Below, in pieces: positions 28,878 through 42,871 of a stretch of 62,715 bases of DNA (positions within the stretch are counted from its first letter, which is position 1; the number at the start of each line of letters is the position of its first letter). The notes under the pieces are model-generated. The model searched no databases, was not told the DNA's origin, and saw nothing but the letters and a program-made list of their open reading frames with translations. The stretch is from Proteromonas lacertae. Taxonomy: Eukaryota. A program made the translations under genes and the position numbers. Location: NCBI GenBank assembly GCA_002245135.1, contig NGBS01000880.1, positions 124,001 through 186,715 on the forward strand, written 5' to 3'.

Positions 28878-30421
28878 ATGTATATTATTGAAATATAAAG
28901 CATAGGGCGCATATACCTTTCACATTCAATCCTCATGTTTCACTCCATTTGAGATTAGTTGATACTTCATTATTACCTTATCCGTTTGTTATGTTAATAG
29001 TTATATTTATGTTTATTATATACATTTTAACAATTCTAATCAACTACAGACAACACTCTAGGTATTCTAAAGTAAATCAAACAACTGTATTTATATATAG
29101 TAATATATTGTTTATAAATAGGACATACTAAGTATGTTAACATCATTAAACAGTGATAGCCCTCTTCGTGAAAGTAATTACTTCAGAAAACAGTCGTTAG
29201 GTAAAAATAAGACTGGATTCCTTATAATCACTGGAACATATATATTCATAAAGAATGTAATATATCTAGTAACCCCTTATTTCTCATTTATATGGGAGTT
29301 ATCAGAAAAATCAATGGAATTAAACTCCTCTAATCATCAGATTATTACTTCAATTGTATTTTTGTGTATTCATTTTACTGTTGATTTTATCTTAACATTT
29401 CCATTGGAATTATGTAGTATATTTATTGATAGACTACATAACAATAATAAAAGCGAATATATGAAGAATATATTGTTTGTTGTTCTATCAATGCCAGTTA
29501 ATATATTGTTTGGTTTATTTCTTTGCTATTTAGTAGTATATTTTATTTTCTATTTTGTTATAGAGTGAAATAAAAAGTAGTGCTGTATTTCTAATTATTC
29601 CATCTGTTATTCTAGTGTTAAGAGTATTGATATATTTAATTCCTTACACTATAAAGAAAAAAGAATTAAAAGAAAATGATGAATTGTTTAAAAAATTACA
29701 AACTATCTGTAGAATTTTTAATTTTCCATATAATAAGTTTTATATTACAACAACAACAACAAAATCAATGAAAGGTAATAAATATAACCTTATTTCTTCA
29801 TTGTTTAACAAACTAAAACAAATCTTATCTTTTCATTGTAGCTGTAGTAATAACATAACTCATTATGGTAATTTAATAACTAAAAAGAAGAATATAATAA
29901 TATCAAAATCATTTATAAATGATATTGCAGATTTGCATGAGATTGATGGATTATTTGCTCATGAATATTATCATTATTTTTATAACTCAAATATTGTTAT
30001 GTTTTTAGTATATACTCTCTCTGATTGTATTTACATGTATTTATTATATACATTTATGACGAATTATTCAATATTCAGAAGTTTTGGTTATACAGATACA
30101 CCATCAGCAATTGGATATTCTATATTTATAACATGTTTATCAAACTCAATATTGTTTATAATCAATTTTATAAAACATTCAATCATTTATACATATGAAT
30201 ATTCTGCTGATAAATATACAGTTTCTATGAGTTTTGGAAAGGAATTGCGTGATGTTTTAATACATAGTTTCAATCAGTATAAAGATGATTTTAATCCAGA
30301 TATTCTATACAGTTTGTGCTATTATGAAAATCCTCCTATTATTTATAGATTGAAAAAGATAGATGATTATTTATCAAATGCAACAAATATTTATAATGAT
30401 GTTAGTTTAGATAATATTTAA
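28878..30421 (+). CDS. Divergent M48 / Ste24-like CAAX prenyl protease, multi-exon
   Basis: Several TM segments, AHEYYHY (HExxH), EYSAD, PDILYS..YYENPPIIYRL; start approximate. Confidence 0.7.
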
Positions 30422-30536
30422 TACTATTTTATAATAATAATTTATGATTGTTATTGATGATAAAATCAATTAAAAAAATAATAAACATGAATGACAAATA
30501 TAAATCTAATTATACTCTACATTACATCTCTAATAT

Positions 30537-31094
30537 TCAATAAAATTCATCCTCTTCTACTTCTTCTCCTTCTTCTTCTTCATCATCATATTCCTCTTCT
30601 TCTACTTCATGTTTATAAGATTCTAAAGTTGGATATTCAGCATTTTCTTGAATCTTTTTTTGAGAATGATATATACTTGTTGAAAACAAAGTCTGTAAAG
30701 CTTCATCTACGGGTACTATAGCTTTTTTCTCATCTCTATAAAATAAATTTTATTTATTATACGCATCTTCTAAATACGTCCCTTTTTGTCTCTCAATGTA
30801 AGTAATTTCTTTTGTATTTTGAATTTTCTCTGCTCTTTTTGATAATTTCCTTTTTGCAATGTGCTTCTTATACGATTTAAGCATATTCGTATATTCTTTT
30901 GGGGTTAATTTTCCTTCTTCCAATTCTTCTTGCCATTCCAATGGAATATCTTCAAATCCAACTGGACTAGATGGGTCTATTTTTGTGTGCTTTATTTGCT
31001 TAAAATTGACTGGGGCGCTGATCATTTGTTTGTGTACGACATTATTTTCTAATCTACCATTGGCAGAAAAGAATTGCTTTAATGAACTGTACAT
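30537..31094 (-). CDS. CRIB/PBD-motif protein with acidic tail, one intron
   Basis: ISAPVNFKQIKH..DP...GFEDIPLEWQ; splicing near 30737-30763 continues in frame to ...EEDEFY*. Confidence 0.65.
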
Positions 31095-31164
31095 CTATTT
31101 TGTGTATCAGAATCGTATTTAATAAACCTGTATAATTTCTAAAATCGAGCTTTTTTCAAGCTAA

Positions 31165-33089
31165 ATGGAATATGAAAATATTTTTTCATAAACCTATTAT
31201 TAATGTTTAGCTGTACTAGCCAAACTAACCCAAATATTCGTTGTCATGTGATTCAATGTGATACATTTCAAGGATATGTATCGATTGAACTACAATCTAA
31301 AATTATGAAGGTAATTTACAGGTATTTTCATATATTCTAGATTATATCCACTAACAACCATCCAAAGGAAGAAATTAAATTATTTGAATCTCCAAAAGCA
31401 ACCGAAGTTGCATATAAAGACAATAACACAATCCCAATCATCATATTAGCCGATTCTGTAGGAAATATAAAGGTATTTTATATATGTATTAAAGAAATAT
31501 AGATGTGGGAATTTAATCCATCAGAATATAAATGGTATAATACAAGTGATAGATTGGAGATAAATATCAATTCAAGAAACATTATAATGCCATATATAAC
31601 ATCCTATGAAAATAAGGTAGTAATAATATACAGAATAACTTTAGATAATTACATCAAATTTCAATTTTTAATAATCAACTTAGATAATAAGAAAATGAGA
31701 TATATCAAAGAGTTTGAACCATCAAGCCCAATTATTGTTCCACCAACATCTTATATTTTGGTTATGAATGATTTATTTATTACTATTAATGTTAATGTTA
31801 TTGTATATATATATATATATATTTAAATATAATAGAAAATTACTTTTGATGAAGATAATTATAATTTCGAATATAGCACATTTAAAATGAATAATCCAAT
31901 AAATAATGCACTTTATATCCCTGATAAAGATTTACCATATCTTCTATTTGTTACACGTAATATTTATAATGGAAAATCGTGTGATATTACTGTATTTAAT
32001 CTATTTTTTTCTATTATATTATATTATAATAGTGTTTATTAACAGATGTGTCAACTATTTTAAGCGAATCATTTGTTTTGACCAATGAAATATTAAGTAT
32101 TACTTATAATGATGGAATAATATTATCAACATTAAAAGAAGGAGATTTACTTGTATATATATATATATATATTTATATTATATTATATTATTAAATAGCA
32201 TATTAATCCATTAACAAAGAAATTTACAAAAATCAATTGTGTTTATAATCTCATATCTTCATATTATATAAACGATCATTTTTTATATGTAAAATCGAAT
32301 GAAGATTATATCACTTATAATAATGGTATATTTTTACTGCCAGGAATATCATTTCATGCTTTTACAAATGATAGAACAATTACAAATATTTATAGTGAAA
32401 ATGGAGAAACTATAATAGTTGAAAGTGATGAAAGAAATCAGAAGATATTTTGTAATAGTAGAATAATTGGTTACTGTAATAAAAACTCAAGAATTGAATT
32501 ATCAAACGAAAACAATATTAACTATTATGACAATGAAGTAAATAATATAACATTAGAGATTATAAAATATAATTATGTAGAAATAGAAGAAGAAGAAGAA
32601 GAAGAAGAAGAAGAAGAAAAGAAAGAAATGATTGGAAAACAAGATAATAATAATAATAATAGAATATGTAGAAATGGTGTTTTAATTAATCATAAAAATA
32701 GATTAAAAATATGTGATGAATGTATCAATATTATATATTGTCAATTGATGGGTAATTATTTATATTCTATTACTTCAGATGGTACAATCACTAAATGGAA
32801 ATATGATAATTCAAAAGAAACATTTTCTGTAGAATATTCATATAAAAGAGATAATTGTGAAATAACTTTTGCAAGTGGAAATCGTAAATATTTATTTGTA
32901 TATAATGGAAGTGATAATTTCATAAAAATTAGTTCTATCAACTGTTTTGATAATATTGAGTATAATAAAAAGATGAAACCTATTAGCGTATTGTATGTCA
33001 ATGATTATAATCAAGTATATATTGGTAATAATATGGGAATGGTGAAGAAATTTGAATTAAGAACTCAAAACCATTTTGATGTAATGTAA
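31165..33089 (+). CDS. Beta-rich, probable WD40-repeat protein, many introns
   Basis: ILADSVGNIK-MWE, LYSITSDGTITKW, VYIGNNMGMVKKF; exon structure approximate. Confidence 0.5.
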
Positions 33090-33185
33090 ACCCTATTATT
33101 ATTATTATTATTATTAACATATAATAATACTTATATTTTGTAATATAAATAACAAAAACAGAAAAGAATTAAAACATTTTCAAAT

Positions 33186-33636
33186 TTAAGCTTTAATTAA
33201 ATCCTCAACATTTTTTAATACCTTACAATCATTCTCTACCAAACATTTTACTGATTTACCATCATTTATCTTATATAAACTTGGAATAGACTGTAATTTA
33301 AACAATGGGTGAACTCTGTAAGGATGATTGGGATTTCCTTTATAATCTTCTCTTGGAATAGGACATACAATAACCTCACAGTTTGGATGAGCAGTAAATC
33401 CTTGATCTATAACTGGATCAGCATCTCTATTATTAATAATTACACATTAAATATACACACAATCTGGACACCACATTTTACCAGTTTCTGGCTTTACTGT
33501 AGCATAGAACAAAACATAAAATGGGTTCTTTAATGTTTTCATCACTTCATCAATCTTTGATGGATCATCAAGAACAGTAGCTTTGTAACTATAATATTAG
33601 AATGATAAAGCAATACGGCTTTTTAGAGAAATCCAT
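33186..33636 (-). CDS. TXNDC17: Thioredoxin-domain protein TXNDC17/TRP14-like
   Basis: FYVLFYATVKPETGKMWCPDC..ADPVI...HPYR.HPLFKLQSIPSL. Confidence 0.85.
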
Positions 33637-33749
33637 AATTTTAAAAATGTGGGTTTGATTATATTTTTGCGATAATTTTTGAACACCATATTGAAAATCT
33701 TTTTATTTCATTACTTCTAGGATATATTTTATTTTTAATTTGTTTTATT

Positions 33750-34818
33750 ATGGCAGATTACAGTGAAATAGATCGATATATAGAGGAAGTATGCATTTTA
33801 TAAGTAATTCTTTTTTAGCTCAGGAATTGTAGGTGTATAAAAGACACAGAAATTAAATTCCTTTGTACAAAAGCAAAGGAACTTTTTTTAACAGAAGGTA
33901 ATGTAATTAAAATCTCAACTCCAGTGACTGTATAATCAATTCTTATTGTATATTATGTAATAGATATGTGGTGATGTACATGGACAATTTTTTGATGTTC
34001 GTGAACTATTTTTTATAGGTGGATTCCCACCAACCTCTCGATACCTATTTTTAGGTGATTTTGTAGATCGAGGATATCACAGTGTTGAAACATTTTTCTT
34101 ATTATTAGCTTACAAGGTAAGATATACCAATCAAATATATATGTTACGAGGAAATCATGAATGTCGACAAGTCACTCAAGTTTATGGTTTTTATGATGAA
34201 TGTTTGACTAAGTTTGGCTCAATAAATGTGTGGAAATATAGTACTGAATTATTCGACTTCATGCCACTCTCTGCGATTATAGATAATCAAATATTTAATG
34301 TTCATGGTGGATTATCACCTGAATTAAATACAATAGATGAAGTATATATGAACTATATAAATATGTGATATATACATGTAATAGATAAAGGAATTAGATT
34401 CACATTGTGAAATACCCAAAGATGGAGTGATGTGCGATTTATTATGGTCAGATCCTGACCATATTACTGGTTGGGGATTAAGCCCAAGAGGTGCAGGATA
34501 TATTTTTGGTGATGATGTTGTAGAAGAAGTATATATATAAATTCATTATGTTACTATTAATAGTTTAATCATAATAATAATATGAAATTCATAGCAAGAG
34601 CTCATCAACTAGTAATGGAGGGATATGAGTGGTTGTTTAACGGACAGCTTGTAACTGTGTGGTCTGCACCAAATTATTGTTATAGAAGTGGTAATGTTGC
34701 TTCAATCATGGAGATTGATGAAAATTTGGATTATACCTTTAAAGTGTTTTCTGCATCACCGTATCAAGCTAATGACGAACCTGAACATCCTCTTATGCAT
34801 CCTGATTACTTTTTATAA
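33750..34818 (+). CDS. PPP4C: Ser/Thr protein phosphatase catalytic subunit, PP4-like
   Basis: [37 protein letters not shown], terminal DYFL. Confidence 0.85.
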
Positions 34819-34881
34819 TATAAATTTAATTATTAACTCTTTTTGATTGGTATTTTTAGAAAACACAATTAACAAATTAAA

Positions 34882-36494
34882 ATGTCATGTTGTACAAAAG
34901 GGAAGAATGTAAGCGCATTTTGCTCCTTTCAACAGTTGTGTATTGCCTTCTTTGTAGTTCTATTCGCATATAGTACATCAGAAGTATGTATTTATCATTT
35001 TAAGTAAATTAGTCATTTCAAACTGTATTAAATGGTTCCTGGGGTTATGCTAGTTTAATGACAATTTATGGAGCATTTGCTGTATCTAGTTTTGTCACTC
35101 CTCCCATAATCAAGTATTTAGGAGAGCAGTATGCATTTAAATCTATGAAATATACATAGAATAACATTAGCATTATCATCGTTAGGATATGGTATTTTTG
35201 TAGCTTCTAATATTTTTGGTCAACCTTTGTTTATACTCATCGGTTCTGGAATTATAGGTTTATCAGCTGGTTCATTGTGGAATGCTCAGGGTAATTATTT
35301 AGCAGATACAAGTATATTATATCATATTCAAACTGGTAAATGTATATAGAAATAGTAGATTATAAATATACTTAATAGCTGTTGAAGAATGTACATCATT
35401 CTTTAATGGAATATTCTATTTATATGTAAAATTCGCCAATGCAGCTGGAAATTTCTTATTTTCATTTTTATTAACATTTATAAGTTCACCTCGAGTATAT
35501 TTATACATTTGTAATTGATGTTTATAGACAGTGTTTATTATAATGACATGCACATGTATTCCATCAATATTAATGTTTCTGTTATTACCGAAAATCAAAT
35601 TTCCTGAAATTCCAACATCACCTAATTCCATACCACCAAAGAAAACAACAGTAACAATAAAAGAAGTATTTATGTTATTAATCAAAACCAAACCAATAAG
35701 ATTTATAATCGCAGGATGTTTTCATGTAGGAATATCGTATATAAATAGAAATGATTTTATATAAAATAGAAATGGTTTTTCAATTGCTGATTTTACCAAA
35801 TTTGTAGTAAAACCAGTGTTAGGTGTAAATGGAACAGGATATATAGTTGGTTGTTTCTTTATTGCAGGAGGTATTGGATCCTTTATAATTGGTAAATTAT
35901 GTGGATATAAACATATTGGTCGAAAGAAAATGGCAATAATAACAGCGATGTGGGAAATAGGATCTTATATTTATATGTTCTTTTATAAAGTAGATCCAAA
36001 TAATATAAGTAAATTTGATAAAATATTTGCTTATGTTTATCCATGTTTATTTAATTTTATTAATGTATATTGGAACAGTCAAATGCCTTCATTTTTACAG
36101 ATGTTTTATAATGATAATGAATTTAAACAAGCCATTGCTCGTATATATAAATTAATAATATTAAAAAATAGATTTCAATATTTGGAAATCAGTAGGTTAT
36201 ACTCTGAATGCGATAATTGGAATAATATTTCCTTATAATTTATATGTGAAATTGACAATTCTATTAATTTCCGTTTTAGTTACAATATCATCGATATTAT
36301 ATTTAGATTGTTGTATTCATTCAATTGATCAACCAATTGGCTCTGAACAGATAAAAATAATATCTGAAGATGAGATTCTGAAGAAGAATAAAGAGAATAT
36401 AAAAGAAGTAGAAATGAAAGAAATGAAGAAAGTGAAAGATAAAGAAGCCAACGATGAAGAAAGAATTCCAATGTTGAAAAATGAAGATGTTTAG
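34882..36494 (+). CDS. UNC-93-like MFS membrane protein, many introns
   Basis: GYASLMTIYGAFAVSSFVTPPIIKYLG, GLSAGSLWNAQGNYL, FNGIF motifs; multiple TM segments. Confidence 0.75.
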
Positions 36495-36641
36495 ATATTT
36501 AATTTTATCATTAGATTTTTTAATGTTATAATTAGTAATAAATGCTAATAAATTGAAAAAAAAACAATATATATATATAAATGTTAATATTTTTTATCTT
36601 TAATATGAAAATTTAAAAAATCTAATCTAATTTAACACACA

Positions 36642-38049
36642 TTAAATGAAATCGTCATATTCATCATCACCAGCTTCATAATCTTCCATTTCAATAAAAT
36701 CAACTTTCCATCTTAATAAACCACCAATTCCACCAAAACCTTTACAAAATTGACTTCCTTCTTGAGATTTATTTGTCACAATTTCTAATTGAGCTCCAAA
36801 CTCTTTATAATGATTGGCTAACCATTCAATCAACGGAATTTTTTCTTTAATTTCTAATTCACTTCCTGAAGTTGGATCTTTGAAATTGTTATGGTCTTCT
36901 TCTTCATGTTCATTTAATATTTTTACTTCCACTTTCTGAGTGGTACTATTATAAAATTCATATCGATTAATTGAAAGATTTTCCCATACTATCAAAATGT
37001 CTACAGAACTCATTTCTAAGGCTTTCATTGTGTTTTTTACACCAAAACAGAACTTTCCAGTATCTTGATTAATCTCTTCAAAATATTTCGTAATTAATTT
37101 CTTCTCAGAAATAAATTTCACATTTGATAATGTATCAGCAGCCAAATCAATGGCTTGATTAAATCCATTCTCACCACCATAACTTATATCTAATACAGCA
37201 ACAACCAATGGCTTTAATCTTTGATCAAATAAATCAGATTGATTTAATTGTTCTTTAAACTCAGCTGAACCAGCTAATACTAATCCATTGATATTTGGTT
37301 TATCATTTGATATAAATATGTTCGTTGATAATTCAGCTACTCTTCTTAAATAGTTATGACGTTTCTCAAGCCTTAATCGAGCAAATCTTACAGCTGATTG
37401 ACCACCTCTTCCGTGTTTCTTGGGTAATTCGACTGTTATCTTATGTAATACGTTTCTTGTATTTCCACAGAGTGTACCGAATAAACAACCATTACCATCC
37501 ATCACAATAAACCCATAAACTGCATCATCTTCTAATAATTCATTTAATGCTTCAGTATGGAACTTATTATCACATAAATACAAGGATGTATTGATAGGCT
37601 TGAATGGTTCGAAGTCGATGTTGACTTTTTTTTCTTTTCCATCATCTGTTAAAACTGTACCACAGTATAAAACTAATCCGTTTTCTGGTACTTTGTTGTA
37701 TAGTTTTAAACGCTGTTGGGTTGAAGTAATTGCGTTAAGAACGGATAAACGATTTACTCTTGATTTGATATTGGAAGCAGTACCATATTCATCAGTTAAT
37801 AATTTTACTGAGTTTGAAATCTAGTAATTGATAAAAGAAATGGAATATACTTGATCATGAGGTCTAATGATCAAAGAGATCATACTTGTACCATTACTAA
37901 ATTATAAACATATTCAAAATACCCTTTTGCCTGTTCTAAACTCTTAATCAGTCTTTTGATCTTCCACATTTCAATATGATGATCATCTTTCTATATTATT
38001 AATAATATAACAATGTCATATATACATCTTTATCTGACACGGACATCAT
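36642..38049 (-). CDS. ETF1: Eukaryotic release factor 1
   Basis: [42 protein letters not shown]. Confidence 0.97.
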
Positions 38050-38190
38050 TGTTGGCTAGTAAAATGAATATGAATAAAATTTTAAATGCAACACTAAATT
38101 AAGGGGGTATTGCTTATAACTTCCTGGAGTAAAATTGAACTATTTCCTAGTTTTACATCCAAACAAAAAATATAATACAATTACAAACAA

Positions 38191-39313
38191 TTAATTATTG
38201 GGTTTATCTTGGTTTTTAGAAAAATTTAGTTCATTTAAAAGAATTTGAGCTTCCTTCAAATGATTCTATTAGATAAAATATATTCATTGAATATACAATA
38301 AGAGATTTATCTGTTTTACACAGTATTTTCAACATCTCCACACATTTACTACAATATTCTACAGCCACATCATTTGCTTCTAAAGCGTTATAACATTGTG
38401 CCATTCTAAACCATATTTCTGGATCAGTATCATCTTCATTCAACAAGGTCTCCATAATATCAACAGCTATTTCATCTTCCGAAAGAGCAATAGCTTGTTT
38501 AGCTAGCGTATATCTGTTATTATAAGGTGGTAATAGTTCAGGATCTTCTATGTCTTTAATAACTAGATTATAAATATTATTTAAGTATCTTTTAGCTTCA
38601 TCAAAATTTTCTTGTATAGTTCGAAGATTGATTATTGTTTGATAGGCATCCACTGATGTTTGACATATGTCAAATGCTTTTTTAATATAGGATTCACATT
38701 CTTGTTCAGCGTTTGGATGATCATTAAAAAAAAAAGAATTAAAGAATATGTGTGATTAATTTCAATAAATTAAAAAAAAAGATATCATAAATCATCACTC
38801 ATATATAATTCAGCTATTGACGCATATCCAGCAGCTATTTTATTCTTTAATAGTAATATTTCTTTTTCATCACTAACCGTTGATAATTGATTTATCATTA
38901 TTGTTATTCCTTTTTCAGCACATTGAACTGATGTTATACCTGTCTATTATTATTTATATAATACTATAAATACCTTCAATTCTGATAAATACATCCATTT
39001 CATAGCATTTTCATCTGGATCTATTTCTATTGATTTTTGTAATAAGTATAACAATTAAGTGAACAATTAATAGTAGAAAATAAAGGATATTGGTAATGCT
39101 TTCTCTACATCTTCATTTTCTAAATATAAATCAGCTAACAAATCCATAGCTTCAGTATTTTTTGGATCTTCTTCTAGAATCTTTTCGTATATAACAATAG
39201 CCATATCCCATTTTTTCACACTTTTATATTGTTCAGCTAGATCAAATTGTGTTTTAAACATATCACTACCTATTTACCCATTAAACTGTTTACATTATAC
39301 TCATATTAGACAT
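38191..39313 (-). CDS. TPR protein, ACL4-like (assembly chaperone of Rpl4)
   Basis: TPR repeats; YASIAELYMSD..AEQECE, LRTIQENFDEA, LPPYNNRYTL, LLNEDDTDPEIWF. Confidence 0.7.
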
Positions 39314-39393
39314 TCCAAAAATATGAAGTTTGATAGAATCAAGCTTACTTTTAAATTTTCAAATCAGTTATACTGTTTTAGAAAGAGAGAACA

Positions 39394-41562
39394 ATGGCAT
39401 GCTATTGCAAAAGTGGTTATGATGAAGGGTATAATTACATTTGTGATATTCAATTTTATATATATAGATGGTGTCGTCATTTAGTCAATAATGGTTATGG
39501 GGATATCAAAATAAAAATCGGTGATGAAATTATTCAGAGCATAAAATCAATTTTATCTACTGAAAATATTACATTCAACAAAATTATCAAAGATTCACAA
39601 TGTGAAGATGTTATTGAGGTATTTGAAGGAGTATCAATGACAGGATTTTTAGAATTTGAAAAATTTATAAGTGGTGGTAAACTTGTAATAGAAGAGAATA
39701 ATGTAATTGACATTATGTTAGTTTGTTTATATTATAATGAAAGTACCTTATTCATTGAAGCAAAGAAATACATAGAAAACCATCTAAATTTCAGTTTAAC
39801 TCAAAAACTGTTCGAAATCTATTCATTTCTTGACAATAACCAATTAATTGATTTAAAAGACAATTTATTGAATTATATAAACAATTGGAATTGGAAATAT
39901 ATTGCAGATACTAATGACAATGAATATTTTATCCATTTACCGTTAGAAATTTTGGAATATATTTTAAGTCACACTTTAATATTACCTAATGAATATTACT
40001 TATTAAAACAATTATTCACTTATTATGAAATGAATATAAAAACATTAAAAGATGATATAGAGAGTAAAAAAACAAAAGAAATATTTTTAGAGTTCTTTAA
40101 AAAGATTGATTTTGATAAAGTTACTGCAAAACAAATATTCTTTATTGACAAATTACTTCAATTTGATGATATTACAAAATCGAATAATAATAATAATAAC
40201 AGTTATAATCATATTTATATTACATTTGAAGATGAAAAGAATATGATAAATAATGATTTGAAAGATTTTATATTCAGAAAGTATATGGATATAATGAATG
40301 GAAATGATGTTGAATTCAATAGTTATAATGATGAAAATATATTGAATAATAACATAGATAATTTAGAATATATTATAAATGATTTATTACTGATTAATAA
40401 TGACGATTTGATCATTATTATTGGATTATTAATTTCAATGAAAATGAAAATAAATGTAAACCTATCAACTCAATTATACATTCGACTATTAACAAAATAC
40501 AATGAAAATACTAAAGAAAATATTAAATTATGTTTATTACGATGTTTAATACTATTTATTAACGAAATGGATAATATTAAAACACTTTATAATTGTTGTG
40601 GAAAAGATATATTAAATGAATTATTGAAAATACCAGATATATTGAGTGATAGTCAAAAAGAAATAATAATTAAATTTACTAAAATAAATAATATTGAATT
40701 AGAAATATTAAATGATAATAAGAAATCATATGATAAACAAATAAATAATTTGATAAATATGAAAATAATATCAGAATTTCATTATGAAAAAGATGAGTAT
40801 GAGTTTATTGTTGGAAATAATGATAGTGATGATAATTCTATTGAATTAAAACCAATTTGTGATGGTACAGAATGTATATTTGAAGTAGAAAATGAATTAA
40901 TGGAAGGACTAGAAATAGATGAAAAGAGTGGAATTATCAGTGGAAATATAAAAACTGAAATAAAAGAACAAACTTCCATTGTTGTCATAGCTAAAAATAA
41001 AATAAGTGAAAAGAAATGTGAAATTAAAATAACAAGTATAGAATATAAATTCTCATCAAAATCAATATACAATTCAATAATTTCAAGCGATGGAAAAATT
41101 GTAAAAAGATCCGTTGGGATTGATCATGGTATGGATAGTCATTCTTATTTGAATATTGAAATGACGAATAATTACATTTATACACTAAAATTCAGATTTA
41201 AACAAAATACATCGTTTTCTATTGGTTCTACAATAATTGGCTTAGGTGCGCAAAGAGTTAACAATTTCAACGGAACTAGAATTTTATATGAAAGTAATTC
41301 ATATGGTTGGTATCATGATAGTTTACAATCTTATCTTTGTGTTGGTGGAAATACTGTTGTAGTTAATGGAAATATCTTTATTAATAACAGTAATGATATT
41401 TATGAGGTTGTTTATGATATGAAGATGAAAGAAATGAAAATGGGTAAGAATGGAAGCAAACCACAACTATTAATTAAGAAATTACCTTGCCCTTTGTATC
41501 CATTTGTAGTTGTAGGAGATATAGGAAATACAGTCACTTTAGTAAGTGTAACAAGGAATTAA
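39394..41562 (+). CDS. BTB-BACK protein with putative Ig (He_PIG-like) domain and C-terminal SPRY-like domain
   Basis: GDIKIKIGDEII (BTB start); LMEGLEIDEKSGIISG..IVVIAKN; terminal KNG...LPCPLYPFV...GNTVTL. Confidence 0.65.
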   Translation: MACYCKSGYDEGYNYICDIQFYIYRWCRHLVNNGYGDIKIKIGDEIIQSIKSILSTENITFNKIIKDSQCEDVIEVFEGVSMTGFLEFEKFISGGKLVIEENNVIDIMLVCLYYNESTLFIEAKKYIENHLNFSLTQKLFEIYSFLDNNQLIDLKDNLLNYINNWNWKYIADTNDNEYFIHLPLEILEYILSHTLILPNEYYLLKQLFTYYEMNIKTLKDDIESKKTKEIFLEFFKKIDFDKVTAKQIFFIDKLLQFDDITKSNNNNNNSYNHIYITFEDEKNMINNDLKDFIFRKYMDIMNGNDVEFNSYNDENILNNNIDNLEYIINDLLLINNDDLIIIIGLLISMKMKINVNLSTQLYIRLLTKYNENTKENIKLCLLRCLILFINEMDNIKTLYNCCGKDILNELLKIPDILSDSQKEIIIKFTKINNIELEILNDNKKSYDKQINNLINMKIISEFHYEKDEYEFIVGNNDSDDNSIELKPICDGTECIFEVENELMEGLEIDEKSGIISGNIKTEIKEQTSIVVIAKNKISEKKCEIKITSIEYKFSSKSIYNSIISSDGKIVKRSVGIDHGMDSHSYLNIEMTNNYIYTLKFRFKQNTSFSIGSTIIGLGAQRVNNFNGTRILYESNSYGWYHDSLQSYLCVGGNTVVVNGNIFINNSNDIYEVVYDMKMKEMKMGKNGSKPQLLIKKLPCPLYPFVVVGDIGNTVTLVSVTRN

Positions 41563-41684
41563 TCATAATGAATATGTTTTTTTTCTTTTTTGTTGAAAAT
41601 TTCAAAATTGGGGTTTTAATGAAAAATTGCCCTGAAAAAATTCATTCAATATTCTTATTTTAGTGTTTTTATGGTGTATCTGAA

Positions 41685-42741
41685 ATGAATAAGGAAATGA
41701 ATCTTATATCAATCACAACTGCACAGCTTGAATATTATTTGGAGAGAAATACACTTTTATCCAGGCTTCAATCACAGATTTCAAATTATGAGGATGAGCT
41801 GTTATTGAAAAATCAACAGATCGATTTATTAAAAAGAGAGATACTTGCAAAGTCTGTTAATTCCGCCACTCACTCAAGGAATCCCTCATTGTATAATATT
41901 TTGTTTATTTGTTCATAGACTAAACAACTCTTTACCATCATCGCCTAAAAAGACTATATTCCATCAGAATACTCTCAGTTTCAATGAGAATTTGTATATT
42001 AGTGAAATTCAATCGCTTAAAGAACAACTTGAGGATTTAAAAATAAAAATGACCAACGATACAAAGAGTTTTGACAAGAAATTGTCAGAAAAAGAGAATG
42101 AAATACGAAAATTAGAAATATATTACAAAGATGAAGAGATTAAATCAAAAATCAAATTAGAAGAAAAGCATTCAGAGATACAGTTATTACACAAACAAAT
42201 CCAAGATTTAGAAAAATCAAACAATCAACCAGAAAATTCAAAAAATGATAAGATAAAATCACTCAATTTTAAAGACAGTGAAATAATGTATTATTATGAG
42301 GAATTTAAAAGAACTCAAAGCTTAAGAGATGAAATAAAAAAACTAAAAGTAGAAAATGATGAACTAAAATTAGAAATATTAATAAAAAGCAAAAGAAATG
42401 TAAAAAATGAAAAAATGGAAGAAATGAGTAAAAAAATAAAAGAGTTGGAATATAAAATCAGTTCAATAAAACTATATAATGAAACAATAGATTATTATAT
42501 TAAACTAAGAAATAAAGAAATGAAAGAAAATGATAAATTAAATGAAATTTTGAATAAAATAAAATTTATATTAAAGAATGAATATGATATGAAAATATTT
42601 CAAACAAATGAAAATAGGAATATTAAAATATTAAAAATTAAAAATGATAGTGAAAATTCTTCAATTGTGAGTGATGATTCTAGTGATTTGGTTTGTAATC
42701 CGAAGTGTAGGATAAATAGTTACGATGAAAATGATATATGA
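41685..42741 (+). CDS. Coiled-coil protein, one intron
   Basis: ORFs 41685 and 41845 joined by a GTAT..TAG intron near 41891-41918; heptad-rich. Confidence 0.6.
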
Positions 42742-42871
42742 AAGTGATATATATATATAAATGTTATGTATATAGTTAATGTAAATGTTTTTAGTATAAT
42801 TACTTTTATCTTTTATCTATTTGTTATAAACAACATATAAATTTCATCTAAAATGATCTAAATTCAAATAA

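Noticed and set aside
36642..38049. TAA reassignment as the explanation for the two in-frame TAA codons (8151 and 50456)
   Set aside because: Conserved genes end at the expected place with TAA (Hsp101, PP4c, eRF1, TMEM258), and eRF1 has canonical GTS, TASNIKS and YxCxxxF motifs.
38160..38195. Blastocystis-type stop codons created by polyadenylation
   Set aside because: TGTT-rich tracts follow genes, but every gene I traced has a genomic stop codon.
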